A program made the translations under genes and the position numbers. Below, in pieces: positions 9,975-19,374 of a stretch of DNA of 38,616 bases. The stretch comes from Candidatus Hodarchaeota archaeon (lineage in GTDB: Archaea; Asgardarchaeota; Heimdallarchaeia; Hodarchaeales; Hodarchaeaceae): contig JAEOTQ010000020.1 in assembly GCA_016839785.1 (NCBI GenBank), positions 1-38,616 of the forward strand, written 5' to 3'. Position 1 is the stretch's first letter, and the number at the start of each line of letters is the position of its first letter. The notes beneath the pieces were generated by a model that had not been told where the DNA came from, did not search any database, and was given only the letters and a program-made list of their open reading frames with translations.

Positions 9975-10544
9975 TTAAATCCTAATTTTGAAGTCACGTA
10001 GAGGAATGGTATCTGGAAGGATGATATCAATAAGATCTTCATCGATTTCTTTTGCGAATGACCTATTGACTTGAACATTAACATACTTAGCAAGTTTTTT
10101 CAGGTCAACTGTCGATATATTATGACTTGTGGGAGTAATAAACATTCTTCCTTCTGAGCTCAAAACAAATGCAAATTCGTACAATCTATCCCAACTAGGT
10201 AGACGTATTTCTAGTAGAATAGAAATAAAACGGACAAATGGGATTTTAATTACATTCTTCATTAGAAAGAAGACAATCTCTTTCTTGTTATTTTGAATAC
10301 GAATATCAATTTCAGTACCTAAACATTTCACTCTAAGAATGGGAATTTCTCGCCAATATATTTGGCTAGGTTTTGTCGAATGATTGCAATAATCATCAAG
10401 AAATTCAATTGTTTTCCGTCTTACTTGACCAAGTGATAACAAAGTATCCAAGAAGTGAGTTAGTAAATTTGGAATGTTATCTGTTTCGTTCGTCTCAAAC
10501 ATTGTATGAAGAATATTACAGTCCATATTAGAGTCAATTATCAT
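9975..10544 (-). CDS. Hypothetical protein (distal gene of the GTPase cluster)
   Basis: 189-aa ATG ORF co-oriented with the GTPase operon; no recognisable motif. Confidence 0.55.
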   Translation of the reverse strand: MIIDSNMDCNILHTMFETNETDNIPNLLTHFLDTLLSLGQVRRKTIEFLDDYCNHSTKPSQIYWREIPILRVKCLGTEIDIRIQNNKKEIVFFLMKNVIKIPFVRFISILLEIRLPSWDRLYEFAFVLSSEGRMFITPTSHNISTVDLKKLAKYVNVQVNRSFAKEIDEDLIDIILPDTIPLRDFKIRI

Positions 10545-10607
10545 GGGGATTTACGAATTTAAGTCGGTTTTAGATACAAAAATCCGCAAGTTCAACCGAA
10601 AATCCAG

Positions 10608-11540
10608 TTAACTCTCTGTGATACTTTGCAATTGAGAGCTAAAAGCAAAAACTTTATTATAGAGAGATGCAACAGGCTCATTTCTTTCTCTGAGTCGGCT
10701 TTTCGAAAATCCAAAGAATAATGCTAAACCGTTCTCCATGAAGCGGATAATAAATACACGTTGATCCGATTCGAGAAGCGTAGATGTAGCTGAATTCGTA
10801 TCTGAATCCGCTAGACGTTTAACTACGGCGTCAAAAAACTCTCTAACTTCATAAAGATTGATATGTTCAAATTTTGATACTTTTTCTACTTTGGTCAGTG
10901 GAGCTCCTTCTTTTGTGAATATTTGAGCCATATCTGCCATATTATGTTGGATGAAAGTCTCTAGGAGGGGACGTAATGTTTTTCTCGCACCACTTGCATC
11001 GGCATAAACTTCACCCATGGCTTTGAAGATTGAGTCAGAAAACACAGTGGTTTCATAATATTTAATTTGTTTAGGAATCCCTGATCCTAAGTAATCTTCG
11101 ATTGTTTTCCTGACTTCTTGTTTCATTTTCTTAGGAATTAAATCAGCTTTATGTTGAAAAATAAATAATGTCGCCTCTGGACTAAATTGGGCTAATTTCT
11201 TTACTGCCAAATCCAGATAATATTTTGCCCGTGAAATATTTTTAATTTCTATTGAGTCTACTACAAATACAAATGATTTTACTCCGCTAAAGATGAATTC
11301 TGATAATTCACCAGTGAATCGATCAAGAAATGCGGTTTGTCCCCCTAAATCGAATATGGTTAATTCCGTACCTGCAACAACCTTCTGCTTACGCTCATAG
11401 TCGATTGTAGCGTTATAATCATCATCTTTCTGTGGGATTTTCCCTTCATTGACCACTTTGATTATCGTAGATTTCCCTGATTCTGCTAATCCCAAGATAA
11501 GAACTTTAGAAATTTTCTTTTTTCTTCTTAAATGCGACAT
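10608..11540 (-). CDS. Rag/Gtr-like small GTPase with C-terminal roadblock/longin-like domain
   Basis: G1 GLAESGKST, G2 NATI, G3 DLGGQ, G4 HKAD (His variant typical of Rag), G5 TTVF; ~120-aa alpha/beta tail (AQIFTKEGAPL); GGAG RBS. Confidence 0.85.
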   Translation of the reverse strand: MSHLRRKKKISKVLILGLAESGKSTIIKVVNEGKIPQKDDDYNATIDYERKQKVVAGTELTIFDLGGQTAFLDRFTGELSEFIFSGVKSFVFVVDSIEIKNISRAKYYLDLAVKKLAQFSPEATLFIFQHKADLIPKKMKQEVRKTIEDYLGSGIPKQIKYYETTVFSDSIFKAMGEVYADASGARKTLRPLLETFIQHNMADMAQIFTKEGAPLTKVEKVSKFEHINLYEVREFFDAVVKRLADSDTNSATSTLLESDQRVFIIRFMENGLALFFGFSKSRLRERNEPVASLYNKVFAFSSQLQSITES

Positions 11541-11555
11541 CTTTGATAATAGCTC

Positions 11556-12362
11556 CTATTGGGAACCAATTTCCTGAATTACTCCGATCTTTTCTAAGAT
11601 CATTTCACGTTCCATTGGATCTGATACATTTCGTATGGAAAATCTACTTTTAAAGCGATTTGTATTAATGTTAGAAGCTGATGCTCCAGCATGAAACATC
11701 AAATGTTGAGAAATTGAATCTTTTAATTCTATAAGGAAAATCCGTTTAAGAAGTGTATTCACAAGAATGAGAACTGATAGTGCTCCAAGATCTGTTTGAA
11801 GGTTAATTTCTCTTAAATCTCCTTCAGTATTGACCGTAAAAAACTCAAGGCCCCCTTTCTCGTGAATATAAGATTGATCACTGTCAACTGGCACTGGGAC
11901 ATGTGGATCAGGTGATTCACAAATTTGCTTAATTCGGCTTAGAATTTTTTGCATTTTTTCTGGATCAGAGAGGTCTTTTTCGTCTTTAATATTCTTTGTT
12001 TCTTCCTGTAGTGCCCGTTCTATTGCAGGATGAAACTGAAAAACCGTCTTGCGATTTTCTGATTCAAAGAGAAGCCAAATCGTTGATTCTCGTCCATGTT
12101 GATCAATGCGAATATCTGTTGTCTCTGTTGGCGACACAGTAAAGGACATGGCAAGTGCCTCTATATTCGGGTTGTTTGGAATAGGAAGTGATCCGTGTAG
12201 ACGATAATGTTGTCTTTCGGCAAGTGTTCCTGCTCCCATAAAGAGGATGGTCATACCAATAACACTGAGATTTTCAGCTGTGTCCTCTGGAATGGGAGAT
12301 AGATTTAATAGAGGGTAAGGACCCCTGTCGCCCATAGTCGTAACAATTAGTCCAGAAAACAC
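11556..12362 (-). CDS. uDENN/longin-like N-terminal domain plus probable gelsolin-like C-terminal domain
   Basis: N-terminal hydrophobic strand then DRGPYPLL (longin GP turn). C-terminal L-x3-SVLILVN-x4-RIFL...S...MF.A...AS.I resembles a gelsolin repeat. GTG start with GAGGT RBS. Confidence 0.55.
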   Translation of the reverse strand: MFSGLIVTTMGDRGPYPLLNLSPIPEDTAENLSVIGMTILFMGAGTLAERQHYRLHGSLPIPNNPNIEALAMSFTVSPTETTDIRIDQHGRESTIWLLFESENRKTVFQFHPAIERALQEETKNIKDEKDLSDPEKMQKILSRIKQICESPDPHVPVPVDSDQSYIHEKGGLEFFTVNTEGDLREINLQTDLGALSVLILVNTLLKRIFLIELKDSISQHLMFHAGASASNINTNRFKSRFSIRNVSDPMEREMILEKIGVIQEIGSQ

Positions 12363-12392
12363 GGTTTATACCTCTTATCTGATAACTTTGTT

Positions 12393-13337
12393 TCATTTTA
12401 GTATTTCAAAAATCTCTGTTGTAAGATCGAGACAACTTTCTTCTATTCGAGGATATGGTTCCGCATCATACTTAAAAACTGATTCCCTTCCAACCAAGAT
12501 AATTTTATTCTCAGCATTAATCCTTTTTGTTATCATAACGAAATCTTCGATCCGAATAATGTCTGCTTGATATTTGGGGCCTACATCAAAGACGTTAAAT
12601 TGTGCTAACATCCGAATAATTTGTGGGCCCACTTTTGTTTCCCATCCCTCACTTTTTCCGACTGCAATTAAAATATCTTGGTTGTATCCTATTAGATAAG
12701 CACCGGAGAAGCCCCAATCTTCCATTTTTCCCTTCAAAATTCTTTTGATTTTCTTCAACTGCTTATCATTAACCTTTTTTACGGTTGAATCTTTGTTATT
12801 CTCAAGAGTCTTACTAAAGTCGGCTGCTTTATTTACTATCTGAGTGAAAGCCATATTCGTCATTCGCTGTTCATCTGGACCTTTCAATGAGACAGTATAA
12901 GACGTAATATCTTTAGGAATAAGCTGTTGGAGATGTTTCTCGACATTTTTCCGAATTTTATTTCTTTCTAATTCGTTTGGAATTAGATGGCCTCTATTAA
13001 CTATCAGTATCACTTGAAAATCTTTGTTTACTTCACTTATATCAAAAAAAATTTCTTTAAAATCGTTTGCCAGGTCGTCCATTACTTGATATGAAATATC
13101 ATGGACGTAAATCAGAGTATTGATTTTCAAATATAGTTTTTCTCTCAAAGCGGGTAATATCTTTTCGAAATATGACTCTTCGTTCCCTTTGAGAGATTTA
13201 TTAAGCCAATCATAGTAAATGAGATTCTTACGAATCCTCAGTCCTGACTCCGCACGTCCCAATTTTAGTAGCTGGTTAAACAGAAGATCTTTTCCAGAGT
13301 GCGATAACCCAGCTACTACGATTAGGTTTTGTTGCAA
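12393..13337 (-). CDS. Degenerate (pseudo-)GTPase with C-terminal roadblock-like domain
   Basis: GLSHSGKD (GK[ST] lost), no DxxG, NRGH at the G4 position; C-terminal GFSGAYLIGYNQDILIA roadblock-like strand pattern; TTG start with GAGGT RBS. Confidence 0.6.
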   Translation of the reverse strand: MQQNLIVVAGLSHSGKDLLFNQLLKLGRAESGLRIRKNLIYYDWLNKSLKGNEESYFEKILPALREKLYLKINTLIYVHDISYQVMDDLANDFKEIFFDISEVNKDFQVILIVNRGHLIPNELERNKIRKNVEKHLQQLIPKDITSYTVSLKGPDEQRMTNMAFTQIVNKAADFSKTLENNKDSTVKKVNDKQLKKIKRILKGKMEDWGFSGAYLIGYNQDILIAVGKSEGWETKVGPQIIRMLAQFNVFDVGPKYQADIIRIEDFVMITKRINAENKIILVGRESVFKYDAEPYPRIEESCLDLTTEIFEILK

Positions 13338-13347
13338 AGTGGTACCT

Positions 13348-14352
13348 CTATATAGGTGTTTTTAGCATGTTTTCTAGTTGAGATGTAAGTAAACGAATGG
13401 TTTCTTCAATTTCTATTAATTTCCTTGTTTCCAACATAGATTTTATATCGGAGGAAACTAACAGAATTAGATACTGAGGAGGAACAGAAGCTCTGAATAA
13501 CATAATGTCTCCAATTTTCACTAATTCGGATTTTGAACTGGGAATTAGCCATAAATCACTTGACTTATCAAGAATGGTAATCAATTGTTTGATTTCATTG
13601 ATATCTGTCTCAGAGGCACTAATAATAAAATCTGGTTCCACTGTAGATAATAAAAGGACTTCATCCAGACGATTCATAAATTTTAACGCATGCAGTACTT
13701 GTTGAATAGGGCGCATTCGTAATCGTCTCTGAATGGCCTCCAGGTCTTCTTCTTTTTCGACTACAGTTGCTTCTGGAATGATTTCACTTGCTTCAGCCGT
13801 AATACGCTTAAAAGCTTCGTGAATTGAATTATCATAAATTGAGGTTTGAAGAAATGTTATATTTTTTGTCACAACCGAAGATTGATACATCTCCATTAGA
13901 AATTCCATTCTTTCTGCTCTTTGGGTTAAATCAGGCATTAAATCCGTTTTATGCAATAAAATGTATACCGCTGGTTGAACGTCTGACATCTCTTCCAACC
14001 GATTGGTACCTTCAACGAACGCTTTTAGTGATGCAGGAAATTTATCAGGGGTTGAAATATCACAAATATAAACCAGAACTGCGACATTACTGAAAATGAA
14101 GGAACTCATACTGCTTAGGAATCGTTTCAAAAAAACTTCCTGTCCTCCAAGATCCATAACGGTAATAGGTTCATCAGCCACTTGCTCTACTTGACGTTCA
14201 TAATTCAACGTTGCAGCATAATCAGCAGTTTCTTCCGGTAATTTACCTCCGAAGACAACATCACGGATAGAGGTTTTTCCTGCTTGAGAAAGGCCTAAAA
14301 GTATAATTTTTCGGGTACTTTGGGTCTTTAATTGCTTGAGATAGTGACTCAT
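13348..14352 (-). CDS. Rag/Gtr-like small GTPase with C-terminal roadblock/longin-like domain
   Basis: GLSQAGKTS, YAATLNYE, DLGGQ, HKTD, TSIYD (G4/G5 as in RagC/Gtr2). Confidence 0.88.
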   Translation of the reverse strand: MSHYLKQLKTQSTRKIILLGLSQAGKTSIRDVVFGGKLPEETADYAATLNYERQVEQVADEPITVMDLGGQEVFLKRFLSSMSSFIFSNVAVLVYICDISTPDKFPASLKAFVEGTNRLEEMSDVQPAVYILLHKTDLMPDLTQRAERMEFLMEMYQSSVVTKNITFLQTSIYDNSIHEAFKRITAEASEIIPEATVVEKEEDLEAIQRRLRMRPIQQVLHALKFMNRLDEVLLLSTVEPDFIISASETDINEIKQLITILDKSSDLWLIPSSKSELVKIGDIMLFRASVPPQYLILLVSSDIKSMLETRKLIEIEETIRLLTSQLENMLKTPI

Positions 14353-14423
14353 TTTGTAGACCTTGGAATATTGAAATAAAATGATTCAGTCATGAGTTCT
14401 AAGGCAGGAAATTTAAGTATGAC

Positions 14424-14446
14424 CAAATAAATCTTCCGTTATAACG
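14424..14446 (-). promoter_or_regulatory. Putative BRE/TATA promoter of the GTPase operon, with an adjacent CGTTATAACG palindrome
   Basis: The minus strand reads cgttataacggaagatttattt about 70-95 nt upstream of ATG 14352. Confidence 0.35.
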
Positions 14447-14619
14447 AACGCTTCTTTATTTAGGGAATTCGTATTCCCAACAAATAGATTTTGGAATCAA
14501 GTTCCTAGATTCTCTAATTCCCACTAGTACTCAGCAGATAAATAATTACTGAAACTACCTGTTACAGTTTTTACAGCCCTTTCTTTGTTCAGAAATTTTG
14601 AAAAATATGCGTCTAAGAC

Positions 14620-15753
14620 CTATCCATCAAGACGTTCGAGAACAACCTCTCGTGCTTTAGGAAGAGCATCCTGACGCTTCTTTTCATGAGTTTCCATGAA
14701 TTCTTGAATTATACCCAGAAGATTCTTTTTATCTACTCCACAGAGTAACTCACCTTTCCGACAAGAAGCTTCAATCTCATGTAGTTTTTTGTCATCAGAT
14801 TGAAAGAAATATCGATACAAATCGAAAATTCGACAAATTTCAGGTTGACCTCCTAATTCTCTCTGTTCTTCTACCGTAATTCGTCCACCTGTAAATGCAT
14901 TCATGATTTTTTTCCTCAAAGATATGTTAGTTTCGAATAAGGTGAGTACTGACATAGGACTTCTCTTGGCCATTTTATCAGATCCATCTAATCCCTGAAT
15001 TAGTTTATGAAAGGTGAACCCAGGTAACATAAACTTATAGGTATCTTGAAAGAACTTCTTACGAACAAAATCATGAGATAATCGTGCATGGGGAGCCTGA
15101 TCTGCTCCGATAGGTGTTACAGTAGGGAGTGGCCCATTATGTAGTTGAGGTAGAAGAATATCGGCAACTTGAATGAATGCGGCATTATAAACGCCTAATC
15201 TATGTTCCCCGTAAATAGCCTTCATCATGTTATGTGTCGAGTGAGACGATAAAAGATACCCCAATCGCATTACATCCATCTGATGAGACTGACGATATAC
15301 ATACGCGTTATCAAGATTCAATCCAAGTGCAATCAGATCAGCTACGTTTTCTATGGCATTTTTCTCAGCTTGATTAAGCGGTAATCGTCCATCTGCATAA
15401 CTCTCAATATCTGCAATACAGAAATACACTTTCCCACCGAGTTTCTGAAAATAAATCACTTCAGTGCATGTGATGAGGTTCCCAATATGATATTCTGCTG
15501 AGGTTGGTTTTATACCAGTCATGACAGCGAACGGTTTATTCTTGTTTATAGCTTCTATAACTGGTTCCAAGGAAGTATGACCAAACATTATCTCTCTATT
15601 CATGTAATAATGTCGTTTACTTTTTGGTAAGGAGCTAATCGCCTCTTCAACAGGTCTAATCCCAAATTCATTCATTAATCGTTCATAATCTGTTACTGAA
15701 CCACCGAATGCGTCCACTAAAGAGTCAGCTTGAAAATTATCATCTGAATTCAT
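14620..15753 (-). CDS. trpS: Tryptophanyl-tRNA synthetase (archaeal type)
   Basis: MTGIKPT..YHIGN (HIGH), QVADIL.PQ, PIGADQAPH, KMAKR (KMSKS), AFTGGR.T.EEQR..GG, C..G.LLCG; GGTGA RBS. Confidence 0.95.
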   Translation of the reverse strand: MNSDDNFQADSLVDAFGGSVTDYERLMNEFGIRPVEEAISSLPKSKRHYYMNREIMFGHTSLEPVIEAINKNKPFAVMTGIKPTSAEYHIGNLITCTEVIYFQKLGGKVYFCIADIESYADGRLPLNQAEKNAIENVADLIALGLNLDNAYVYRQSHQMDVMRLGYLLSSHSTHNMMKAIYGEHRLGVYNAAFIQVADILLPQLHNGPLPTVTPIGADQAPHARLSHDFVRKKFFQDTYKFMLPGFTFHKLIQGLDGSDKMAKRSPMSVLTLFETNISLRKKIMNAFTGGRITVEEQRELGGQPEICRIFDLYRYFFQSDDKKLHEIEASCRKGELLCGVDKKNLLGIIQEFMETHEKKRQDALPKAREVVLERLDG

Positions 15754-16033
15754 GATCTGTTCTCACCGTTAACACTTGAAATAAAAGAATAATGAAGTAA
15801 TGGATGTTGGTTCTTTGATCTAGTTACAAAAAAGTACTCTGTACCTAAAATTAATGCTGGTGGAGTTCCACTAGCGACAGCTGCCATTGGTACATCTTTC
15901 TCACATCCAGATATCCCAAAAAACAAGTAGAATAAAAATTCTCTGATAGAGAGAAGATACGTTCTGAAAAGAATCCTATTAATCTATTCATTAGATAAAC
16001 TGGTATCTGAGAGTTCAGGATAGGATCTCATTT

Positions 16034-17494
16034 TTACATGAGTTTATGGGTGAAATGATAAAACCCACTTGTTTCGTATAGAAATTGGACAATAATAACT
16101 ACTGCAATCAGACTCAAACCTAAGCAAAACGTCATAACTCCCAGAGAACCCCAGTACTCGAAAAGGGTACCTCCGACTACAGTCCCTAGGATTGAACCAG
16201 TCGACATTAATGCAGATGTAAATCCCATTTCTCTACCTCGATTCCCTTCTTTAGTGACATCAGTGATTAATGCCAACGAAGACGATCCAAAACCTGATGC
16301 ACATATCAAACAGATAAGGATTAGAAGTATAATAATCACGTGAGGGATCGGTAGAACAATACCCGGAGCAAATTCTAGTGGTTTAGATATTCCGATCGCA
16401 AATGGGTTATTAAGTAGATTGATGAAACTTTCGGGTTCGAGACGAAGAATAGCGGCGAAAATCACCAGAAGTAGGCTTGTTCCTACACACCCGATGATCA
16501 AGAAGGGTTTTCGGCCAAAATTATCAGAAAGTTTTCCCAAAGTTGGCTGTAATATTCCCATGATTCCCACACCCACTAGTGCAACAAATCCGATCGTAGT
16601 GGCATCCACTCCACCAGCAGTAACCTCTTTCAGAATTACTGGAGCATAGGTTCCCCCAGCTCCCACCAATGTAGTATAAGCTAGCCAGGCAAATGCAAAC
16701 TTTCTGAATTGTTTATTTTTTAGGCTCTGAAGCATTGCCTTGAATGGATTCATTCCTGGATCATCAGGTTCAGTCAAATCTTCAAATTTTAACACATCAT
16801 CTTCATCTACATCTTCTAATTCAATTTTCACACTTTTAGGTTCATAAAAGCGGAATAAATATAATGAAGACGCGAGTAAGAGGATAACTGTAAATACAAA
16901 GAACGAAGATTCTTTGAATAAATCCCAAGTAAGACCACCTATTAGAAAACCACTTGCTCCTCCTCCTGAACGAGCCAAATAGAATTTTCCCATTGTTTCT
17001 CCATGACTTCTTTCAGGTGCAAGATCTGCAAACATAGATAGCACAGGACCTGATAGCATCGCTGATGCTAAACCTTTAAATGCACTCGCACCAAGTAAAA
17101 TCAAAAAAGCATTGGAAGATGTCGCATACCCGGCAAATAAGATTGGAAAAGGAATGAAGGTCAAAGCTGCAAGAAATGTACCAGTTACAAGTAAGGGTTT
17201 TCTCCCTATTCGATCACTAACCGAACCGAAAAATGAGGCCGTAGATAATGAAACAAAATAATAGACCGTTAGAATTATGGGTAGTTCTAACTCACTTGGA
17301 AATACCCCTCCAGTTCTCTTTGGAAGTTCAAAGAAATAAAGAGGTAAACAGATCACTGAGGATGAAAAAGCTGATTCAGTAACTGCTACCGCAAGGAGAA
17401 GTAATCTAATCTGTTCTCGTAAGAAATAAGTAATAGGTTGCCCAAAAAAAAGTAATGTCTCTTTGGTATACTTTGATAATGATCGACGTAGCAT
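16034..17494 (-). CDS. MFS transporter
   Basis: Two motif-A copies (GSVSDRIGRK; GKLSDNFGRK), about 12 TM segments, central acidic loop. Confidence 0.92.
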   Translation of the reverse strand: MLRRSLSKYTKETLLFFGQPITYFLREQIRLLLLAVAVTESAFSSSVICLPLYFFELPKRTGGVFPSELELPIILTVYYFVSLSTASFFGSVSDRIGRKPLLVTGTFLAALTFIPFPILFAGYATSSNAFLILLGASAFKGLASAMLSGPVLSMFADLAPERSHGETMGKFYLARSGGGASGFLIGGLTWDLFKESSFFVFTVILLLASSLYLFRFYEPKSVKIELEDVDEDDVLKFEDLTEPDDPGMNPFKAMLQSLKNKQFRKFAFAWLAYTTLVGAGGTYAPVILKEVTAGGVDATTIGFVALVGVGIMGILQPTLGKLSDNFGRKPFLIIGCVGTSLLLVIFAAILRLEPESFINLLNNPFAIGISKPLEFAPGIVLPIPHVIIILLILICLICASGFGSSSLALITDVTKEGNRGREMGFTSALMSTGSILGTVVGGTLFEYWGSLGVMTFCLGLSLIAVVIIVQFLYETSGFYHFTHKLM

Positions 17495-17749
17495 TTTTTG
17501 TGTTCCTTTAATCCTCTAGGGTAATCCAAATGATATCATTGCTGGTTAAATGAAGCTTTCCGTTATAGTTTCCCACAACTTTCCTCTTTAATAACGTTAC
17601 ATTACTTCAAATCTTTGGACTTAGCTTGGGATAGATAAGGAATATTTAAAATTTATCCGATATTGGTTTCTGTTTCGAGTACGAATACGTCTTTTCTACT
17701 CATTATGGAAATAATGAATCAAACTTAGTGTACCCTTCAAATTGAGGTA

Positions 17750-18661
17750 ATGAGAAGTATGAAAATTTCACTAGTCGGTCTTAGCGGTTGTGGAAAAACA
17801 TCAATCTATTCAACAACTTTTGGAGGAATGACTCCTTTAGAAGTCAAAGATCTTGGGCCTACGGTAATGTATGAGGTCAAAAGCCATAATTATCTTGGCA
17901 TTCAAGTTTCATTATGGGATTTTGGGGGCCAAGAAAAATATCGTCAAAGTTATCTGGAAACTCCAAAGTTACTGGCAAATACGTCAATTTTGGTATTTGT
18001 CCTTGATCTTCACCACCCTGAGAATTTTAAATTGGCCAACGAATACTTTGAAAATGTTTATTCAGCAATTAAAGAACAGGGAGGAGATCCAAGAGTAAAA
18101 ATATTTTATCACAAATATGATACAGAGGACTATGCGGAAGTGGCTCTTGAAGAGAGTCTCAATAAGGCTAAACAACTTCCTTTCGTTGTGAAATTTACTC
18201 CACGTGAATTTTTAACTTCGGTTTATAGACAAGAGGAACTTAGCGATTTTATAAAACAAATTTTAATCGCTGATTTTGAGGAATTGAAGAAAAGTGTTGA
18301 AGGTGCTCAGGAATTCTTATCAAACTTAAAATCCAAGATTATAATAACCGATGTTAATGGAAACGTAATTACGCATAATATCGAAGGATTTGCTACTGGA
18401 ATTCAACTGCGTGAGGATTTACGTGAGTATATTTTCGCATGTAATGTTCTACGGGAGAATTTCTTGACATCAGAGTCCGCTTCTTTTATAGCCAGCTCTG
18501 AAGTAAAGCAGTTGAAAGTCCATATCTATAATTATGTGTTAACAGTTCTAATCATGATGGATGAACATGAATCAGCTGATCCACCAGAGAAAATTAATGA
18601 ATTATTGAAAGAGATGGAAATATTCTCAGAATTGCTGGTCGAGATGAGTAGTGAGGAATAA
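17750..18661 (+). CDS. Rag/Gtr-like small GTPase with C-terminal roadblock/longin-like domain
   Basis: GLSGCGKTS, LGPTV, WDFGGQ, HKYD, TSVY; tail IIITDVNGNVI. RBS spacing suggests the start may be ATG 17759. Confidence 0.85.
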   Translation: MRSMKISLVGLSGCGKTSIYSTTFGGMTPLEVKDLGPTVMYEVKSHNYLGIQVSLWDFGGQEKYRQSYLETPKLLANTSILVFVLDLHHPENFKLANEYFENVYSAIKEQGGDPRVKIFYHKYDTEDYAEVALEESLNKAKQLPFVVKFTPREFLTSVYRQEELSDFIKQILIADFEELKKSVEGAQEFLSNLKSKIIITDVNGNVITHNIEGFATGIQLREDLREYIFACNVLRENFLTSESASFIASSEVKQLKVHIYNYVLTVLIMMDEHESADPPEKINELLKEMEIFSELLVEMSSEE

Positions 18662-18876
18662 TCATCTAAAAATGTTGAGAAAATGACAATTTTAAGACTT
18701 CATTAATTTACTATTGTTTTCTTGGTCAGATCAGAATAAATTATTTATACCTCATCCAGAACAATGGTTTCCGTTGTTTCCAGAGACATTTAACACAATT
18801 TATCCTAAAAACTACACATTAATTATATTATCAGTGGTAAATAACATCAGTTAAAGAATATTGGAGATGTTCAGAA

Positions 18877-19374
18877 GTGGTTGCAGCAGAAGCTATGGAT
18901 TCGACAATTCATGAGATATTGAACTCAAGGGAGAAGGAAAGAAAACATCTGATTCCTATTTTACAGGATGTCCAAAAAGAATATGGATATTTATCTAAGG
19001 AAAATATGATACGAATCAGCAAATATCTTGAAATATCACCAAATGAAGTTTATGGAGTCGCATCCTTTTATCAGCAATTTAAATTCATTAAACCTGGAAA
19101 GCATATAATTTCGGTGTGTTTAGGGACGGCTTGTTTTGTCAAAGGTGGAAATGTTCTTGCAGAAACCGTAAGAACAAAATTGGGTATCGAACCAGGTGAA
19201 ACTACTGAAGATGGGTTATTTAGTTTTGAACGTGTTGCGTGTCTTGGATGTTGCGCATTATCTCCTGTTGTTCAGATAGATAACGAAATCTATGGTCAGG
19301 TGAAACCTTCAAAATTACTCCGCCTTATTAGTCGGATAATTAAGGAAGATCAACCAAAGGAGGAACAAAAATGA
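18877..19374 (+). CDS. nuoE: NuoE/HydC-like [2Fe-2S] subunit
   Basis: LIPILQDVQKEYGYL, VYGVASFY, C-x4-C (CLGTAC) and CLGCC motifs. Confidence 0.92.
   Translation: MVAAEAMDSTIHEILNSREKERKHLIPILQDVQKEYGYLSKENMIRISKYLEISPNEVYGVASFYQQFKFIKPGKHIISVCLGTACFVKGGNVLAETVRTKLGIEPGETTEDGLFSFERVACLGCCALSPVVQIDNEIYGQVKPSKLLRLISRIIKEDQPKEEQK

Noticed and set aside
15754-16033. T-box or Trp attenuator upstream of trpS
   Set aside because: No T-box consensus, no Trp codons in the short upstream ORF, and the context is archaeal.
18760-18778. aacaatgg-ttt-ccgttgtt inverted repeat as a SurR or Rex site
   Set aside because: It does not match GTT-n3-AAC or the Rex consensus, and no second copy was found upstream of the other nfn operon.
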